DNA of 62,979 bases from Verrucomicrobiales bacterium. Its GTDB lineage: Bacteria; Verrucomicrobiota; Verrucomicrobiia; Limisphaerales; UBA9464. The stretch lies in assembly GCA_005805505.1 (NCBI GenBank), contig SYMJ01000194.1:1-62979 (forward strand), read 5' to 3'. The notes under the pieces were generated by a model that had not been told where the DNA came from, ran no database searches, and worked only from the letters and a program-made list of their open reading frames with translations. Of this stretch, positions 27,146 through 37,961 are shown one piece after another. Position 1 is the first letter of the stretch; the number at the start of each line of letters is the position of its first letter. The translations under genes and the position numbers were made by a program.

Positions 27146-27904
27146 TCAGCCCAACACCAAGCCCACCGGACAATGGTCCGATCCCAAAACAGACGGACGA
27201 ATGAAGGCCTCTTTCAACGCCGGTCGAAGCGCCCCCGAGATCCCGACATAATCAATACGCCACCCGACATTCCGGGACCGAGCGCCGGCCATCGGACTCC
27301 ACCAGGTATAATGCCCGCCCTTCCCCGGATGCCGGTCGCGGAACGTATCCACAAACCCCGCCTCCATGAGCCGAGTGAACCCACTGCGTTCTTCAACCGT
27401 GAAACCATGGTTGCGAACATTGGCCTTGGGATTGGCCAAATCGATCTCTTCGTGGGCCACGTTGAGATCTCCGCAAAAAACCACCGGCTTACGGGCCTCC
27501 AACGCCTTCAGATACGCCCGAAAGGCCGGATCCCATTCCAGCTCCCGATACGGCAGGCGAGAAAGATCTCTCTTGGTATTGGGTGTGTAGCAATTGACGA
27601 CGAACTGGTCCTGGAGTTCGACCGTCAGCACGCGGCCTTCGTTGTCCGGCAACCAGGAACCCAGGCCTCGCTCGACGGAAAGTACGGGCAAGCGGCTCAG
27701 GGTCAGAGTGCCGCTGTAGCCCTTGCGTTCGGCGGAGTTCCAATGGACCGAGTACCCACTGGGCCACTCGACGGACACTTGTTCGGACATCGCCTTCACC
27801 TCTTGGAGGCAAATGACATCGGCATCCTCTTGGGCAATCCAGTCGAGCAATCCCTTGCCCAACGCCGCGCGCAGGCCATTGACGTTCCATGAGGTCAGCT
27901 TCAC
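27146..27904 (-). CDS. xthA: Exodeoxyribonuclease III
   Basis: VKLTSWNVNGLRA..., ICLQEVK, and C-terminal SDHCPV. GTG 27904 gives the canonical N-terminus; the ORF extends to TTG 27979. Confidence 0.85.
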   Translation of the reverse strand: MKLTSWNVNGLRAALGKGLLDWIAQEDADVICLQEVKAMSEQVSVEWPSGYSVHWNSAERKGYSGTLTLSRLPVLSVERGLGSWLPDNEGRVLTVELQDQFVVNCYTPNTKRDLSRLPYRELEWDPAFRAYLKALEARKPVVFCGDLNVAHEEIDLANPKANVRNHGFTVEERSGFTRLMEAGFVDTFRDRHPGKGGHYTWWSPMAGARSRNVGWRIDYVGISGALRPALKEAFIRPSVLGSDHCPVGLVLG

Positions 27905-28001
27905 GGGCCGAATCTTGCTATCTATCGCGCCTCGGCGCAATCCGGCGGCCCGGAATCGGCTCGGCTTCTGCGGGGTCAAGGATTGATCCGGGGTGTGAAC
28001 C

Positions 28002-31000
28002 TCACCGGGCCCCGGCCGCGGAATCCACCGGCCGGCCTGCGGACTCGCCCCGGATGAAGGCGATCAAGTCGCGCAGTTCCTGGGGAGAACGCCCGACCTC
28101 CAAGCCCTCGGGCATGAGCGATAGGCCGGTCGAGCGCAGGGAGCGGATCCTCGTCCTCGGCAACACGACCCTCTGCTCGCCGGCCTGCCGGAGGGTCACC
28201 GAATCGCCGCGCTGGGCCTCTAACAAGCCGGTGATCGTTTCGTCGTCCACGGTCTCGGCCTGATAGGCCACGAACGCAGGATTCATCGCCATGTTCGGGT
28301 CAAGGATGTTGGACAGCAAATCCTCCACGCTGCGGTGGGCCGAACCGGCCAACTCGGGTCCAACGCGCATGCCGACCTCACCCATCCGGTGACAATGGGC
28401 GCAGGACGATTCGAACACCTTGCGGCCCCGGGACGCGTCCCCACCGGCGGGCAGCTTCGCCAGCCATTCGTCCACCACCTTGCTGCGATTGGAATACTCC
28501 TCGTCACTCCAGAAGCGGGCGGCGCGCACTCGGATTTCGGCGGACCCACCCCGCAGGAGCCGGCGACGCTGCTCGAGATCGAGGTTCAACTCGCCCAAGC
28601 GGATCGTTCCCGATTCGACCGCCTCGAGGAGATCCCCATGGAGCGCTCGGCGTTCGGCCAGCAAATGGCCGGCACGGCCCCGCAGCGCGGGCGGCAATCC
28701 GGACCAACGGTCCACGAGCCATCGACCCAGCCGGGGCGGTTGGAGGCGTTCCAGCACATCGAAGGCGGCCGTCTGCACCTCGGGTTCTTCGTGAGGCGCT
28801 CCGAGCAGGCGCGACAGCCCCTCCAACCAGTCGGCCGGAGCCTCGGCCAACTCCATGGCCCGGAGACGCGGCAGGCGCAGCGTCACCGGCAAGGCGGCGT
28901 TGGTGGCCATCTGGAAAGCCTCGGCCAGCGCATGATCCACCCCGGAATCGGACGGCGCCTTAAGACGGCGCATCAATCGCAGCGCCGGAATCCACTCGGG
29001 CGCCGCGGGTCGCGCAGCGAGGGCGGTCACCCCACGGAGGGCGGCTGGTGCAACGGGAGGGACCTTTCCGGAACGGGCCAAGCCGGATTCCAACCCCTCT
29101 AAAAGCGGGCCCCGCAGCGCCGGGGCGCCCTGCAAGGCCTCCAGCAGTTCCAGTGAAACCCCGAAGTCGCCGGGAGCCGAGGTGGCCTGGACTGCCACCG
29201 ACTCGGCGAGGTCTTGCAGCGCCGCAGCAAGACTGGCATCGGAAGCCGTTCCCCCTCGCGGTAAAGCCCCCGCCAGTCGCCGCAACACCTGACCGGCCTC
29301 ACCCGGCCGCAGCGAACCCAGGACAGCCCGACGAGTCCACGGACTGGACGCATCGCGCCAATACAGCGCCGCCAGCGCGTCCACCGAGTCCGGGGTGCCC
29401 ACCGCCGCCAACGATTGGGCCGCCTGGAACCGGATCCGCGGAAGGGCATCGCGGGAAAGCTCCAGCACCCGGGCTTGGAGCCGGGCCTCCGAGGCCAGCC
29501 ACGGTTCGGACCAGCGCAGTGCGTTCTCGCGGACGCCGGGGTGCGGATCGGCCAAGGCAGTCATCAGGTCGGAGGGTTGCAGCACGCCCAAGACGCGGAG
29601 AGTGGCCAGGGCGTGCAAGCGGCCCTCCGGTCGGACCTTCGAGGTGGCCAACCGGCGAAGGGCCGGAGCCGTCTCGCGGGCCTGGCGTTCGTGGAGAAGT
29701 CGCTGAGCGGTCCCTCGAACCCAAGGATTTGGGTCGCCCAAATGACGGACCCATTGGGCGGGGGTCATCGCCGAGAGACGGGGAAACCGCCGGGGCGCAC
29801 CGCCACGCGGGGTGATGCGGTAGATGCGACCGCGGTCCTGACCGGCACGCAAATCCAGGGAGGCCCGGACCTTCTGCGGGATGTAGTCCGGGTGTTCGAT
29901 GACCTGGCGCTGCATGTCGAGCAGGTAGAGAGCGCCGTCTGGTCCCGTCTCGAGGCCCACAGGTCGGAACGACGGGTCGCGGCTGGCGAGGAACTCCCGG
30001 TCGGAATCCTCGAAGGCCCGCGAGGCACGGAACACCGGTCCATCCGGACGAATCACGTCGCGGTGCACCAGATGGCCCACCACGTCGCAGACGAAGACCG
30101 ATCCCTGCAAATCACGGGGGAACATCGGTGACTCGCAAAGGCCCATCCCACCCGCCGCCGAGAAATGCCCCGCCTGTTCCGGGTGATTGGGGCGAGTCTC
30201 GGGTTCCGAGATCGGGAAGATCTGCGCCATGTCTCCATGGTCGGAGATGCTCCCGGTGATCGACACCGCCGGGAACCCCGGATTGCGCCGCGCGTGGGCC
30301 AGCGGCAGGAAGCGGTGCTGGATGTGGTCGATGTTGTAGGTCGTGAACCCACGGCCCCAGGCGTCGAACACGAGGCCGAATCCGCCGCCGGTCCGGGCGG
30401 TCAATTCGACCTCGCCGGTGTCCGGATCGAAGGCGAAATCGTGGTCACCCAGCACGACAGACAATCCCTCCCGGAGCGGCGACGTGAGCCGACCGCCATT
30501 GCCGCCGTTGGCCACGTGGACCCGGCCGTCGAGGTGATAGCGGAGGCTGTTAGCCAGCGAATCGCTGACGCCGAGCCCCAACCCACGGAGGACGACCGTG
30601 CGCCGGTCGGCGCGTCCGTCGCCATCGGTGTCCTGGAGGAAGACGATCTCCGGAGCAGCCAGCACGAGGACGCCGTCGCGCCACGGCAGCACGCTGGTGG
30701 CGTAGCTGAGATCCGAGGCGAAGACCGTCGAGCGGTCCGGCAAGCCGTCGCCGTCGGTATCGGCCAGCCGGCGCACGGTGCTGCCCGGTCGCCCGGAGGG
30801 ACCCGCGCCGTAGGGATAGTCCCGGCATTCGGCGACAAAGGCCACGCCATCGGCAGCGAAGGCCAAGCCCACCGGATCCACCACCTGCGGCTCGGCGCAC
30901 CAGACCTCGGATGCGAGCCTGGGATCGAGTTCGAACCCACGGGTCACCGGCGCCACCGACGGCGATTCCGCACCGATCACCCCGGCGAGGCCCAGTGACC

Positions 31001-31034
31001 CGAGCGCCACCGTTAATCTCCAGCGCAACTTCAT
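28002..31034 (-). CDS. PVC-type membrane-bound dehydrogenase-domain / HEAT-repeat / C-terminal cytochrome c (CxxCH) protein
   Basis: Signal peptide. Beta-propeller-like N-terminus with DTDGDG motifs, long HEAT-like middle, C-terminal CAHCH heme site and LMPEGL motif. Confidence 0.8.
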   Translation of the reverse strand: MKLRWRLTVALGSLGLAGVIGAESPSVAPVTRGFELDPRLASEVWCAEPQVVDPVGLAFAADGVAFVAECRDYPYGAGPSGRPGSTVRRLADTDGDGLPDRSTVFASDLSYATSVLPWRDGVLVLAAPEIVFLQDTDGDGRADRRTVVLRGLGLGVSDSLANSLRYHLDGRVHVANGGNGGRLTSPLREGLSVVLGDHDFAFDPDTGEVELTARTGGGFGLVFDAWGRGFTTYNIDHIQHRFLPLAHARRNPGFPAVSITGSISDHGDMAQIFPISEPETRPNHPEQAGHFSAAGGMGLCESPMFPRDLQGSVFVCDVVGHLVHRDVIRPDGPVFRASRAFEDSDREFLASRDPSFRPVGLETGPDGALYLLDMQRQVIEHPDYIPQKVRASLDLRAGQDRGRIYRITPRGGAPRRFPRLSAMTPAQWVRHLGDPNPWVRGTAQRLLHERQARETAPALRRLATSKVRPEGRLHALATLRVLGVLQPSDLMTALADPHPGVRENALRWSEPWLASEARLQARVLELSRDALPRIRFQAAQSLAAVGTPDSVDALAALYWRDASSPWTRRAVLGSLRPGEAGQVLRRLAGALPRGGTASDASLAAALQDLAESVAVQATSAPGDFGVSLELLEALQGAPALRGPLLEGLESGLARSGKVPPVAPAALRGVTALAARPAAPEWIPALRLMRRLKAPSDSGVDHALAEAFQMATNAALPVTLRLPRLRAMELAEAPADWLEGLSRLLGAPHEEPEVQTAAFDVLERLQPPRLGRWLVDRWSGLPPALRGRAGHLLAERRALHGDLLEAVESGTIRLGELNLDLEQRRRLLRGGSAEIRVRAARFWSDEEYSNRSKVVDEWLAKLPAGGDASRGRKVFESSCAHCHRMGEVGMRVGPELAGSAHRSVEDLLSNILDPNMAMNPAFVAYQAETVDDETITGLLEAQRGDSVTLRQAGEQRVVLPRTRIRSLRSTGLSLMPEGLEVGRSPQELRDLIAFIRGESAGRPVDSAAGAR

Positions 31035-31146
31035 GTCCGGAGGGTACGCCTGCGCGGCACACCTTCAACCTGCGAGCTTCCGTGACGCTTCCCTCGAATG
31101 ATCGGTTTCGCGAAAAGGAACGACTCTGGGAGGAGCGGTTCTGGGA

Positions 31147-31785
31147 TCAGGTTCCCAAATGCCGGGTGAGGAAGTCGCGGATCAACTGGATCTCCGGCTC
31201 ACCGGCCACGGTGTGGGCCTTGGCGAACTCGCGCCATTCCAAGTTCAGTCCGGCTTCCTTCAAAGTCTGCGCCTGTCCGCGGACCGGCACCATGGGCACC
31301 ACCGGATCTTGAGTGCCGTGGGTGAACAACGCCGGAACTTGTCGCGCCTCGGGCCCCAACTCGCGCAGCAACGCCTCTGAATCATGAATGTAACCACTAA
31401 TGCCGACCAACGCTCCCAGCCGGGGTGTGACCCGCCAGCCTACGTCGAAGGTCATCAAACAACCCTGTGAAAAACCCAAGATCCCGATGCGCTCCGGAGC
31501 GTGGCCGGCGGCGATGCGCTCGTCGATGAGGTGGCGGAGGAGTTCCCGGCTGCGACGCACGCCCGGACCGGCATCACCAGGCAGGTCGTACCACGAGTAG
31601 CCGCCGTAGTAAGAATCAGGCGCATTAACCAAGGCGTACTCGAGCCAAGGCAGGCGCAATTCGCCGGGCAACCATTCCCAACCTTGCGATGAGTCACCCA
31701 GTCCATGCAGAACGATGAGCAGCGCCCGCGGTGGCGTTTGCTGGGCGGGAACGCTTTCAACGCGCAGAGAGACCGGGGTGTTCAT
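31147..31785 (-). CDS. Phospholipase/carboxylesterase-family alpha/beta hydrolase
   Basis: LIVLHGLGDS and nucleophile elbow GFSQGC; about 210 aa. Confidence 0.8.
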   Translation of the reverse strand: MNTPVSLRVESVPAQQTPPRALLIVLHGLGDSSQGWEWLPGELRLPWLEYALVNAPDSYYGGYSWYDLPGDAGPGVRRSRELLRHLIDERIAAGHAPERIGILGFSQGCLMTFDVGWRVTPRLGALVGISGYIHDSEALLRELGPEARQVPALFTHGTQDPVVPMVPVRGQAQTLKEAGLNLEWREFAKAHTVAGEPEIQLIRDFLTRHLGT

Positions 31786-31804
31786 AAATGCTCCGAAAAA
31801 ACCA

Positions 31805-32920
31805 TTAGACCGCAGGCATCGCCGCCAGTACCTCCCGCAGGGCGATCAGGCAGCGAGCGTTCTCGGCCGGAGTGCCGACAGAAATCCGCAACCAGTCGGT
31901 CAATCCGTAGCTGCCCATGGGTCGGGTGATGATCCCCCGCTGCTGGAGCGCGGCAAACACGGCTCCGCCACGACCGGTCTTCACCAAGACGAAATTGGCA
32001 TGCGACGGAACGTACGGCCATTGCATCGCGATAAATGCCGATTGGAAATACTCAACGCCCACCCGGTTGTTCTCGCGGGTCCGCGCCTGATGATCGTGAT
32101 CCTGGAGGGCTGCCAGGGCACCCGCCTGGGCAATAGAGTTAATATTGAAGGGTTGGCGCACCTTCTCGAAGGCCGAGATTAACGCCGGGGAAGCGATGCC
32201 ATATCCCAGCCGTAGTCCCGCCAATCCGAAAATCTTGGAGAAGGTCCGGCAGAGCAGAAGGTTGGTCTGTTCGCCCGAAAGAATTTGCAGGACCAAGTCC
32301 ACCGGATCTTCAAGGAACTCGATGTAAGCCTCATCCATGACAATGAGCACGTCCTTGGGCACTTCGCGCAGCAATCGGAGGATGTCCTCGCGGGAAGTCC
32401 GTGTGCCTGTGGGGTTGTTGGGGTTGGCCAGGAAGAGCACGCCGGTGCGGGGCGTGATGGCACGGATCATGGCCGGAATATCGGCTGCGAAATCGACCGC
32501 TGGCACGGTCACCAACGTGGCTCCAAACAAGGCTGTGACGATGGGATACACGGCAAAGCAGAACTCCGGAACCACCACCTCGACCCCCGGTCGCATCATC
32601 GCGTGGCCGACAAACTCGAGAAGTTCATTGGAGCCGTTGCCCAAGATGAGGTTCTCGGTCCGGACCCCCAGCGATTCGGCGAGAGCCCGTTTGAGCACCG
32701 AGGCTGAACCATCGGGGTAAAGGTGCAGTTGTCTCAGCACCGTCTCCATGGCCACCAGGGCTTTGGGCGAGGGGCCGAAGGGGTTTTCGTTGGAGGCCAG
32801 CTTAATGATGCTGGCGGGATCCAGACCATGTTCGCGGGCGACTTCCTCGATGGGCCGACCGGGCACATACACCGGCAGGGTGGCGAGGGACGGATTGAAT
32901 CGGGATAGCACGTTGCTCAT
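31805..32920 (-). CDS. hisC: Histidinol-phosphate aminotransferase
   Basis: LASNENPFGPSP, NPNNPTG and TFSKIFGLAGLRLGY (PLP lysine) motifs. Confidence 0.9.
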   Translation of the reverse strand: MSNVLSRFNPSLATLPVYVPGRPIEEVAREHGLDPASIIKLASNENPFGPSPKALVAMETVLRQLHLYPDGSASVLKRALAESLGVRTENLILGNGSNELLEFVGHAMMRPGVEVVVPEFCFAVYPIVTALFGATLVTVPAVDFAADIPAMIRAITPRTGVLFLANPNNPTGTRTSREDILRLLREVPKDVLIVMDEAYIEFLEDPVDLVLQILSGEQTNLLLCRTFSKIFGLAGLRLGYGIASPALISAFEKVRQPFNINSIAQAGALAALQDHDHQARTRENNRVGVEYFQSAFIAMQWPYVPSHANFVLVKTGRGGAVFAALQQRGIITRPMGSYGLTDWLRISVGTPAENARCLIALREVLAAMPAV

Positions 32921-33118
32921 GCGCTGGGCTGAATCGTTGTCCCGGTTGGCCCACTACGCAAGGCGGCGGACACGGCCAAGAGCAAAGCACCCAATAGGAG
33001 CGCACCAGAGCCCGACCGCTCGGTCCCTACCTCGGAGGGCCTCAGGCGACGTCCAGAGTCGTCCAGAGTCGTCCAATAGCCTTAGCCAGGACGCTAGATC
33101 CAATAGCATCGTTTCGGC

Positions 33119-33577
33119 TCAGGCCCGAGCTGGGCGCAAGACTGAGGCCGGCGCCACCTCCAGGTGCGCAGCAAAGTCGACTGGGAAGGGTTGAGACTTG
33201 AGCTCACCGCCGGGGCCCCGACCCACGCAGACCAGGGTCACATGACCTACAGCGACCTCCTCGGCCGGTCCCGGTTCGATACGCCAGAAGCGGATCTGGT
33301 AGGTCACCGTCTTCTCGCGTTTTTCCTTCACCAAGAGGTGCATTTCGATCAAGTCCTCAAAGCGCAGCGGCTTAAGGTAGTCACAATCGGCATGCACCCG
33401 CGGCAAGCCCAGCGGCTCAGCTGCCCCCCGCAAAATCACCGACTGACCGAACGACCGGTAAAAGGCCCCCTCCACCGTCTCCATGTAGCGAAAGAAATTG
33501 GAGAAGTGAACGATGCCGGCCAGGTCGGTTTCGTTGAACTCGACACGGCGGGTCGCTCGGAATTCGAAGAAGGGCAT
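33119..33577 (-). CDS. Acyl-CoA thioesterase (4HBT/YbgC-like hotdog fold)
   Basis: RVEFNETDLAGIVHFSNFFRYME N-terminal motif; about 150 aa. Confidence 0.75.
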   Translation of the reverse strand: MPFFEFRATRRVEFNETDLAGIVHFSNFFRYMETVEGAFYRSFGQSVILRGAAEPLGLPRVHADCDYLKPLRFEDLIEMHLLVKEKREKTVTYQIRFWRIEPGPAEEVAVGHVTLVCVGRGPGGELKSQPFPVDFAAHLEVAPASVLRPARA

Positions 33578-33611
33578 GAGGGTAATTAGGAGTTGTTCAA
33601 GGATCCGCAGG

Positions 33612-34949
33612 TCAGGGACGGGGCGGCGATGCAGGAGTTCGGGAATGGCCTAATAGGGACCGGGTCTCGGCCAAGACCTCGCGAGCCATGGCGGCATCAC
33701 TGAAGAGCTCGGTCACGGCCTGCCGGCCACACTCGCCCAGACGTCGCAGTTCCGCAGGATTCGCCAACACCTCGGCGAGGGTCGCTGCCAGAGCACTTGG
33801 TGTGTTTGTGGAGCATAAACGCCCTCCGCCCGTCGCCTCGATCATCTCACGGAAGCCGCAGACATCGGGTTGGACGACAGGGGTGCCAGCCGCGAGGGCC
33901 TCGACGACAAAGAGTCCAAAAGCCTCACTGAATCGGGACGGCACCGAAAGCACATCCACCGAGGCCAGAAAATTCACCTTCTCGTCGCGGGAAAGGTTGG
34001 GATGGAAAGAAGCCGCTTGAGCCAACCCGGCCTCGGCCAGACGTCGGCGCAACGTCTCCACAAAAGCCTGGTCCCCCGGTCCACAACCGCCACCAACTTT
34101 CAATCGCAGCGTTGAAAACCGCTCCTGCTCCCGCAGCTCAATGAACGCCTCAACGACTGTGTCCAAGCCCTTCTCCGGACACATCCGAGCAAAGAATCCC
34201 AGCGTCGGTGTGGAGCCTCGAAAACCGCCATCCGGTCGACTCGGGAGATCCCGGTAGCCCTCAAGAGAGATCCCACTCTTGGCTACGCGGACGCGGTCTG
34301 CCAGCAGGCCCAGTCGGTGAATCATGCGGTCGGCGAAATAACGGGTTGGAGCGATCCAACCGTCCACTTCGCGCCCCCGCTCAGCCATGAGTCGCCAGGC
34401 TTCGCTGCGGAAAGGTTCTGGCAGCGAATCGAGGAAGGACTCTTCGCTTTGCAAAAAACTGATCACCTTCGTTCCCAACCCGGATCGCAGCCGACGGGCA
34501 AAGCCCAAGAGCAGCGCATTGGACAAAAAGACCGCATCGGGCTGAGGCAACCCAGACATCCATGCAACCATGTCCTCCAACTCGCGAGTCTGGAAACCCT
34601 CCTCACCTCGCAGCATCGATACCGTCAGCTCGCCCACATCCTGGGGCCGGGTCTTAGCGGCTTTTCCAGCGGCCCATTTCAGCAGCCAAGGCGCGTCCAC
34701 GGCCCGACGCATCCATGCCGGAGAACGCCGGTACCAGGCCATCTTCTGGGACAAGAAGACATTGATTCCTCCGAAGAAGGTCGGGGTAGCACCCACCGTA
34801 GGGGCTTCGTCCAACGTCATTGGCAGATACAGAGGCACCATCACCGTGTCATGACCTTGCCGGCGCAGCTCCGCCACCAAGGCATTGTCTCGAAAACAGT
34901 TGCCGCAATACATGCCTCCGGCTCCCGGAGTAATCTGGATAAGGTTCAC
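33612..34949 (-). CDS. Glycosyltransferase (GT-B, family 1/4-like)
   Basis: C-terminal [24 protein letters not shown] (E-x7-E region). N-terminus [28 protein letters not shown] 34949 is preceded by AGGAG; the ORF extends to 35153. Confidence 0.7.
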   Translation of the reverse strand: MNLIQITPGAGGMYCGNCFRDNALVAELRRQGHDTVMVPLYLPMTLDEAPTVGATPTFFGGINVFLSQKMAWYRRSPAWMRRAVDAPWLLKWAAGKAAKTRPQDVGELTVSMLRGEEGFQTRELEDMVAWMSGLPQPDAVFLSNALLLGFARRLRSGLGTKVISFLQSEESFLDSLPEPFRSEAWRLMAERGREVDGWIAPTRYFADRMIHRLGLLADRVRVAKSGISLEGYRDLPSRPDGGFRGSTPTLGFFARMCPEKGLDTVVEAFIELREQERFSTLRLKVGGGCGPGDQAFVETLRRRLAEAGLAQAASFHPNLSRDEKVNFLASVDVLSVPSRFSEAFGLFVVEALAAGTPVVQPDVCGFREMIEATGGGRLCSTNTPSALAATLAEVLANPAELRRLGECGRQAVTELFSDAAMAREVLAETRSLLGHSRTPASPPRP

Positions 34950-35103
34950 GTGCTGCAGGACTCCTAACCCTGCGCCCCGCTGGTGTCGAGACAGGGAAGG
35001 GAATTTGGCGTTCGAAAGCGCGAACCTCGGTACCCCACGCACCGCCTGCCCCGCGCTCTGCCTGCTGACAATCGCCCACCGATCTGCCACAGTGCCCCAT
35101 CCG

Positions 35104-35943
35104 ATGAACATCAAGAAGGCTCTGATCACCGCCGCCGGGCGAAACCAGCGCACCCTACCGCTGCAGACACTGGTGGGTCAGGATGGCATCTCCCGCAGTG
35201 CCTTGGGCGTGGTGATTGAAGAAGCACTCTCGGCCGGCATCGAAGAAATCGCGGTCGTCATCCACCCGGGCGACCAAGCCGCTTACACCGAGGCCGCAGG
35301 ACCCCACGGACGCAGGCTCCGCTTCATCGAGCAGACCGAACCCCGGGGCTACGGCCATGCGGTGGCGTGCGGTCGTGCCTTCACCCAGGAAGAATCATTC
35401 CTCCTACTGGTCGGGGACCATGTCTATGTCAGCGCCACGGCGGCGAGTTGCGCCCGTCAACTGATGGAAACCGCTGCCAACGAACGTTCCGCCGTCTCTG
35501 CCGTCCAGGCGACGCATGAGAGCAAACTGCCCTACTACGGAGCAATCGGCGGACGTCGGGTCACCGGAAGGGACGCCTTGTACGAAATCGCGGAGGTCCT
35601 CGAAAAACCAACACCCACCCTCGCCGAACAGCGTCTCGTCATCCCGGGCTTGCGTGCGGCGCACTACCTCTGCTTCTTCGGAATGCACGTCTTGACCCCT
35701 TCCTTGATGGACCTGCTCGAACGTCAAGTGAATGAGACCACCGGGCCGGTGAACCTATCCACCGCCCTCTCCGCCCTCGCCCGAAAAGAGCGCTACCTGG
35801 CCCTCGAAACCGCCGGACGCCGCTACGACATGGGAGCCAAGCACGGCTTCCTGACCGCCCAATTGGCTCTCAGCCTTGCAGGCCGCGACCGCGAAGAAGT
35901 GCTAGCCGGGCTCGTCGAGTTGCTGGCGCAGCGTTGCCGCTGA
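35104..35943 (+). CDS. Sugar-phosphate nucleotidyltransferase (UTP--glucose-1-phosphate uridylyltransferase-like)
   Basis: [18 protein letters not shown]-terminal NTP-binding loop, and EPRGYGHAV. Divergent from the glycosyltransferase gene. Confidence 0.6.
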   Translation: MNIKKALITAAGRNQRTLPLQTLVGQDGISRSALGVVIEEALSAGIEEIAVVIHPGDQAAYTEAAGPHGRRLRFIEQTEPRGYGHAVACGRAFTQEESFLLLVGDHVYVSATAASCARQLMETAANERSAVSAVQATHESKLPYYGAIGGRRVTGRDALYEIAEVLEKPTPTLAEQRLVIPGLRAAHYLCFFGMHVLTPSLMDLLERQVNETTGPVNLSTALSALARKERYLALETAGRRYDMGAKHGFLTAQLALSLAGRDREEVLAGLVELLAQRCR

Positions 35944-35967
35944 CAGCCAGTGCCCAAACAGGCGTCA

Positions 35968-36105
35968 GCGGGGAGCCCGCGGGGTCGGACCGGAGCGAGC
36001 ATTGGAGGCGAACACCCTTTCTCCCTCCAGCGCGCAGCGCGAAAGCCGATCCTTGCTTTGAGCCTCCCTAGCGAGCGCAGGCCCGACCCCGCTGGAGCCC
36101 CACCG
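35968..36105. repeat. Third locus of the intergenic repeat family (single unit with variant inverted arms)
   Basis: GCGGGGTCGGACC-GGAGCGAGCATTGGAGGCGAACA...CAGCGCGCAGCGCGAAAG...GCGAGCGCAG-GCCCGACCCCGC. The core blocks are shared with 1..260 and 4769..4884. Confidence 0.8.
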
Positions 36106-36261
36106 GGCCTACACCGCCATCGCCAGACCCGCAGACAAACCTTCACAACGGCACACCGTAAAACCAGCAGGCTACCTCACCGTGCTACCCGGAACGCTCC
36201 CACTAAATCACCCCCGCGGACTCCAATTACTAGAACCCCAGACCCTGAAAACTGGCCCCTG

Positions 36262-36300
36262 AAAAAGCACAACGGCGGCCAAAAGTTGGCCGCCGTTGTC
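36262..36300 (-). terminator. Rho-independent terminator of tig
   Basis: On the minus strand, ACAACGGCGGCCAA-CTT-TTGGCCGCCGTTGT followed by GCTTTTT. Confidence 0.8.
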
Positions 36301-36343
36301 GTTGAATTCTCAAGCAAGGTCCCACAAACGGGACCTCTCCGAA

Positions 36344-37672
36344 TTAGGCCTTCACCTCGGACGGAGACGGGGTAGCCACTTCTTCCACCTGAGCATTCAG
36401 CTCAACGAAGTCGAGCACCTTGCCGATGATGATTTCTTGGGCCAGCTCCTGGAAAGCGTTCCGCTCCTGCAGCGACTTAGCCATTTTCTCCGGGGAAGTC
36501 TTGTTCTGCTCAGCCAAGGCGATAACCCGCTGAGTCATCTCCTTCTGCTCAGCCTTAATATTCTCCAACTCGGCAATACGACCCAGAATGAACGACGCCT
36601 TAACGCGGTCCTTAGCACTGGCACCCGCGCTGGCGAAAATCTCGTCCTTGCGCTCCTCAATGATCTCCTTAGCAACACCCCGCTGCTGGTTCTCGTTGAC
36701 GATGTTGTACACCACATTGCGAGTCTCACTCACGACCACGCTCTCCGGCAGGTCGAAACTGACAGAATCCAACAGCACCTTAAGCAACTGATCCCGCAGC
36801 GCCTTACGGCCGCGGAACTCCAGCTCGTTCTTCAAATCCTGACGAATGCCCTCGGTCAACTTAGCCAAATCTTCGGCACCAAAACCCTTAGCGAACTCGT
36901 CGTCCAGCGCCGGCAGCACCTTTTCCTTCACACCCACGACCTCGAGCTCATAAACCACGTTCTTGCCCGAAAGCCCGGCGATCACAAAGTCGGCCGGCAA
37001 GGTCAGCGGCACCGTGCGCTTGTCGCCAGCACTGGCGCCGACCAGCGGAGTCGTGAAGCCGGGGATGAAGGACTCTTCCTTCACCTGAACCCAGAAATTC
37101 TGCTTCTCGGTCAGGCCACGGGCCGTGGGAAACTCCTCGGTCAAGGGCTTGCCATCGAGGGTCCCCTTGTAGTTTACCACGGCGATGTCATCGGCCTGGA
37201 GAGCCCGGGTGACATCGTTGTAGCGAACCTGCTGATCGCGCAGGATGTTCATGGCGCGCTCCACATCGGCTTCGGTGGGTTGGGCCACCGGACGTTGAGC
37301 CTTGAGACCCTTGTATTCAGGCACCTCGAACTCCGGAGCATTCTCCAGCGTCGCCGTGTAGGAAAAAGGCAACCCACGACCGAAAGTCAGCTCCTCCACG
37401 TCAAGGGTGGCGAGGATACGCAACTTTTCCTGAGCCGACGCGGCGGCGTAAGAGTCACCGAAGAGCTTCTTGCGAACCTCGTCGTTGATCTGACTCTCGT
37501 ACGATTTGATGATCATGTGCTTGGGAGCCTTGCCGGACCGGAAACCAGGCAACTGAGCCTGCTTCTGAAAGCTGGCGGTCACGGTGTCAAAGGCGGCGTT
37601 GACCTGCTCGACGGGCACCTCGATGCGGAGGAGCTTCTTGCACGGACCCAAATTCTCGACGGAAACGTTCAT
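36344..37672 (-). CDS. tig: Trigger factor
   Basis: MNVSVENLGPCKKLLRIEVP..., GFRSGKAP ribosome-binding signature, central PPIase-like region. ATG 37672. Confidence 0.9.
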   Translation of the reverse strand: MNVSVENLGPCKKLLRIEVPVEQVNAAFDTVTASFQKQAQLPGFRSGKAPKHMIIKSYESQINDEVRKKLFGDSYAAASAQEKLRILATLDVEELTFGRGLPFSYTATLENAPEFEVPEYKGLKAQRPVAQPTEADVERAMNILRDQQVRYNDVTRALQADDIAVVNYKGTLDGKPLTEEFPTARGLTEKQNFWVQVKEESFIPGFTTPLVGASAGDKRTVPLTLPADFVIAGLSGKNVVYELEVVGVKEKVLPALDDEFAKGFGAEDLAKLTEGIRQDLKNELEFRGRKALRDQLLKVLLDSVSFDLPESVVVSETRNVVYNIVNENQQRGVAKEIIEERKDEIFASAGASAKDRVKASFILGRIAELENIKAEQKEMTQRVIALAEQNKTSPEKMAKSLQERNAFQELAQEIIIGKVLDFVELNAQVEEVATPSPSEVKA

Positions 37673-37961
37673 GTGCTTCTTGCTGCGATAGGGATGAAGC
37701 CGGGACGCAAAGTCGCATTCCGGCAAAGAGGCGGGAGACTACGAACCGGCGGACAAGCCGGTCAAGCGCCCGTTCTACCTCCCTGAGGGCTTAAAACGGC
37801 AACAAAGGGACCCAGTCGTTGGGTCGCGATCTTCTGAGGCGCTCCCCGCGACCGGTCCCACTGCCGCAGAGGGCCAAGCACACTCGTCATTCGATCCTGA
37901 GGATGCAACGGGGCCTGCATTGACTCGCGGAGTCCGGCCTGTTAACGCATTAAAGAATCCC

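Noticed and set aside
36296-37786. A 496-aa ORF on the + strand.
   Set aside because: It is entirely antisense to trigger factor, whose motifs are clear. Its translation is Leu/Arg/Gly/His-rich with no recognisable domain. This is a typical high-GC shadow ORF.
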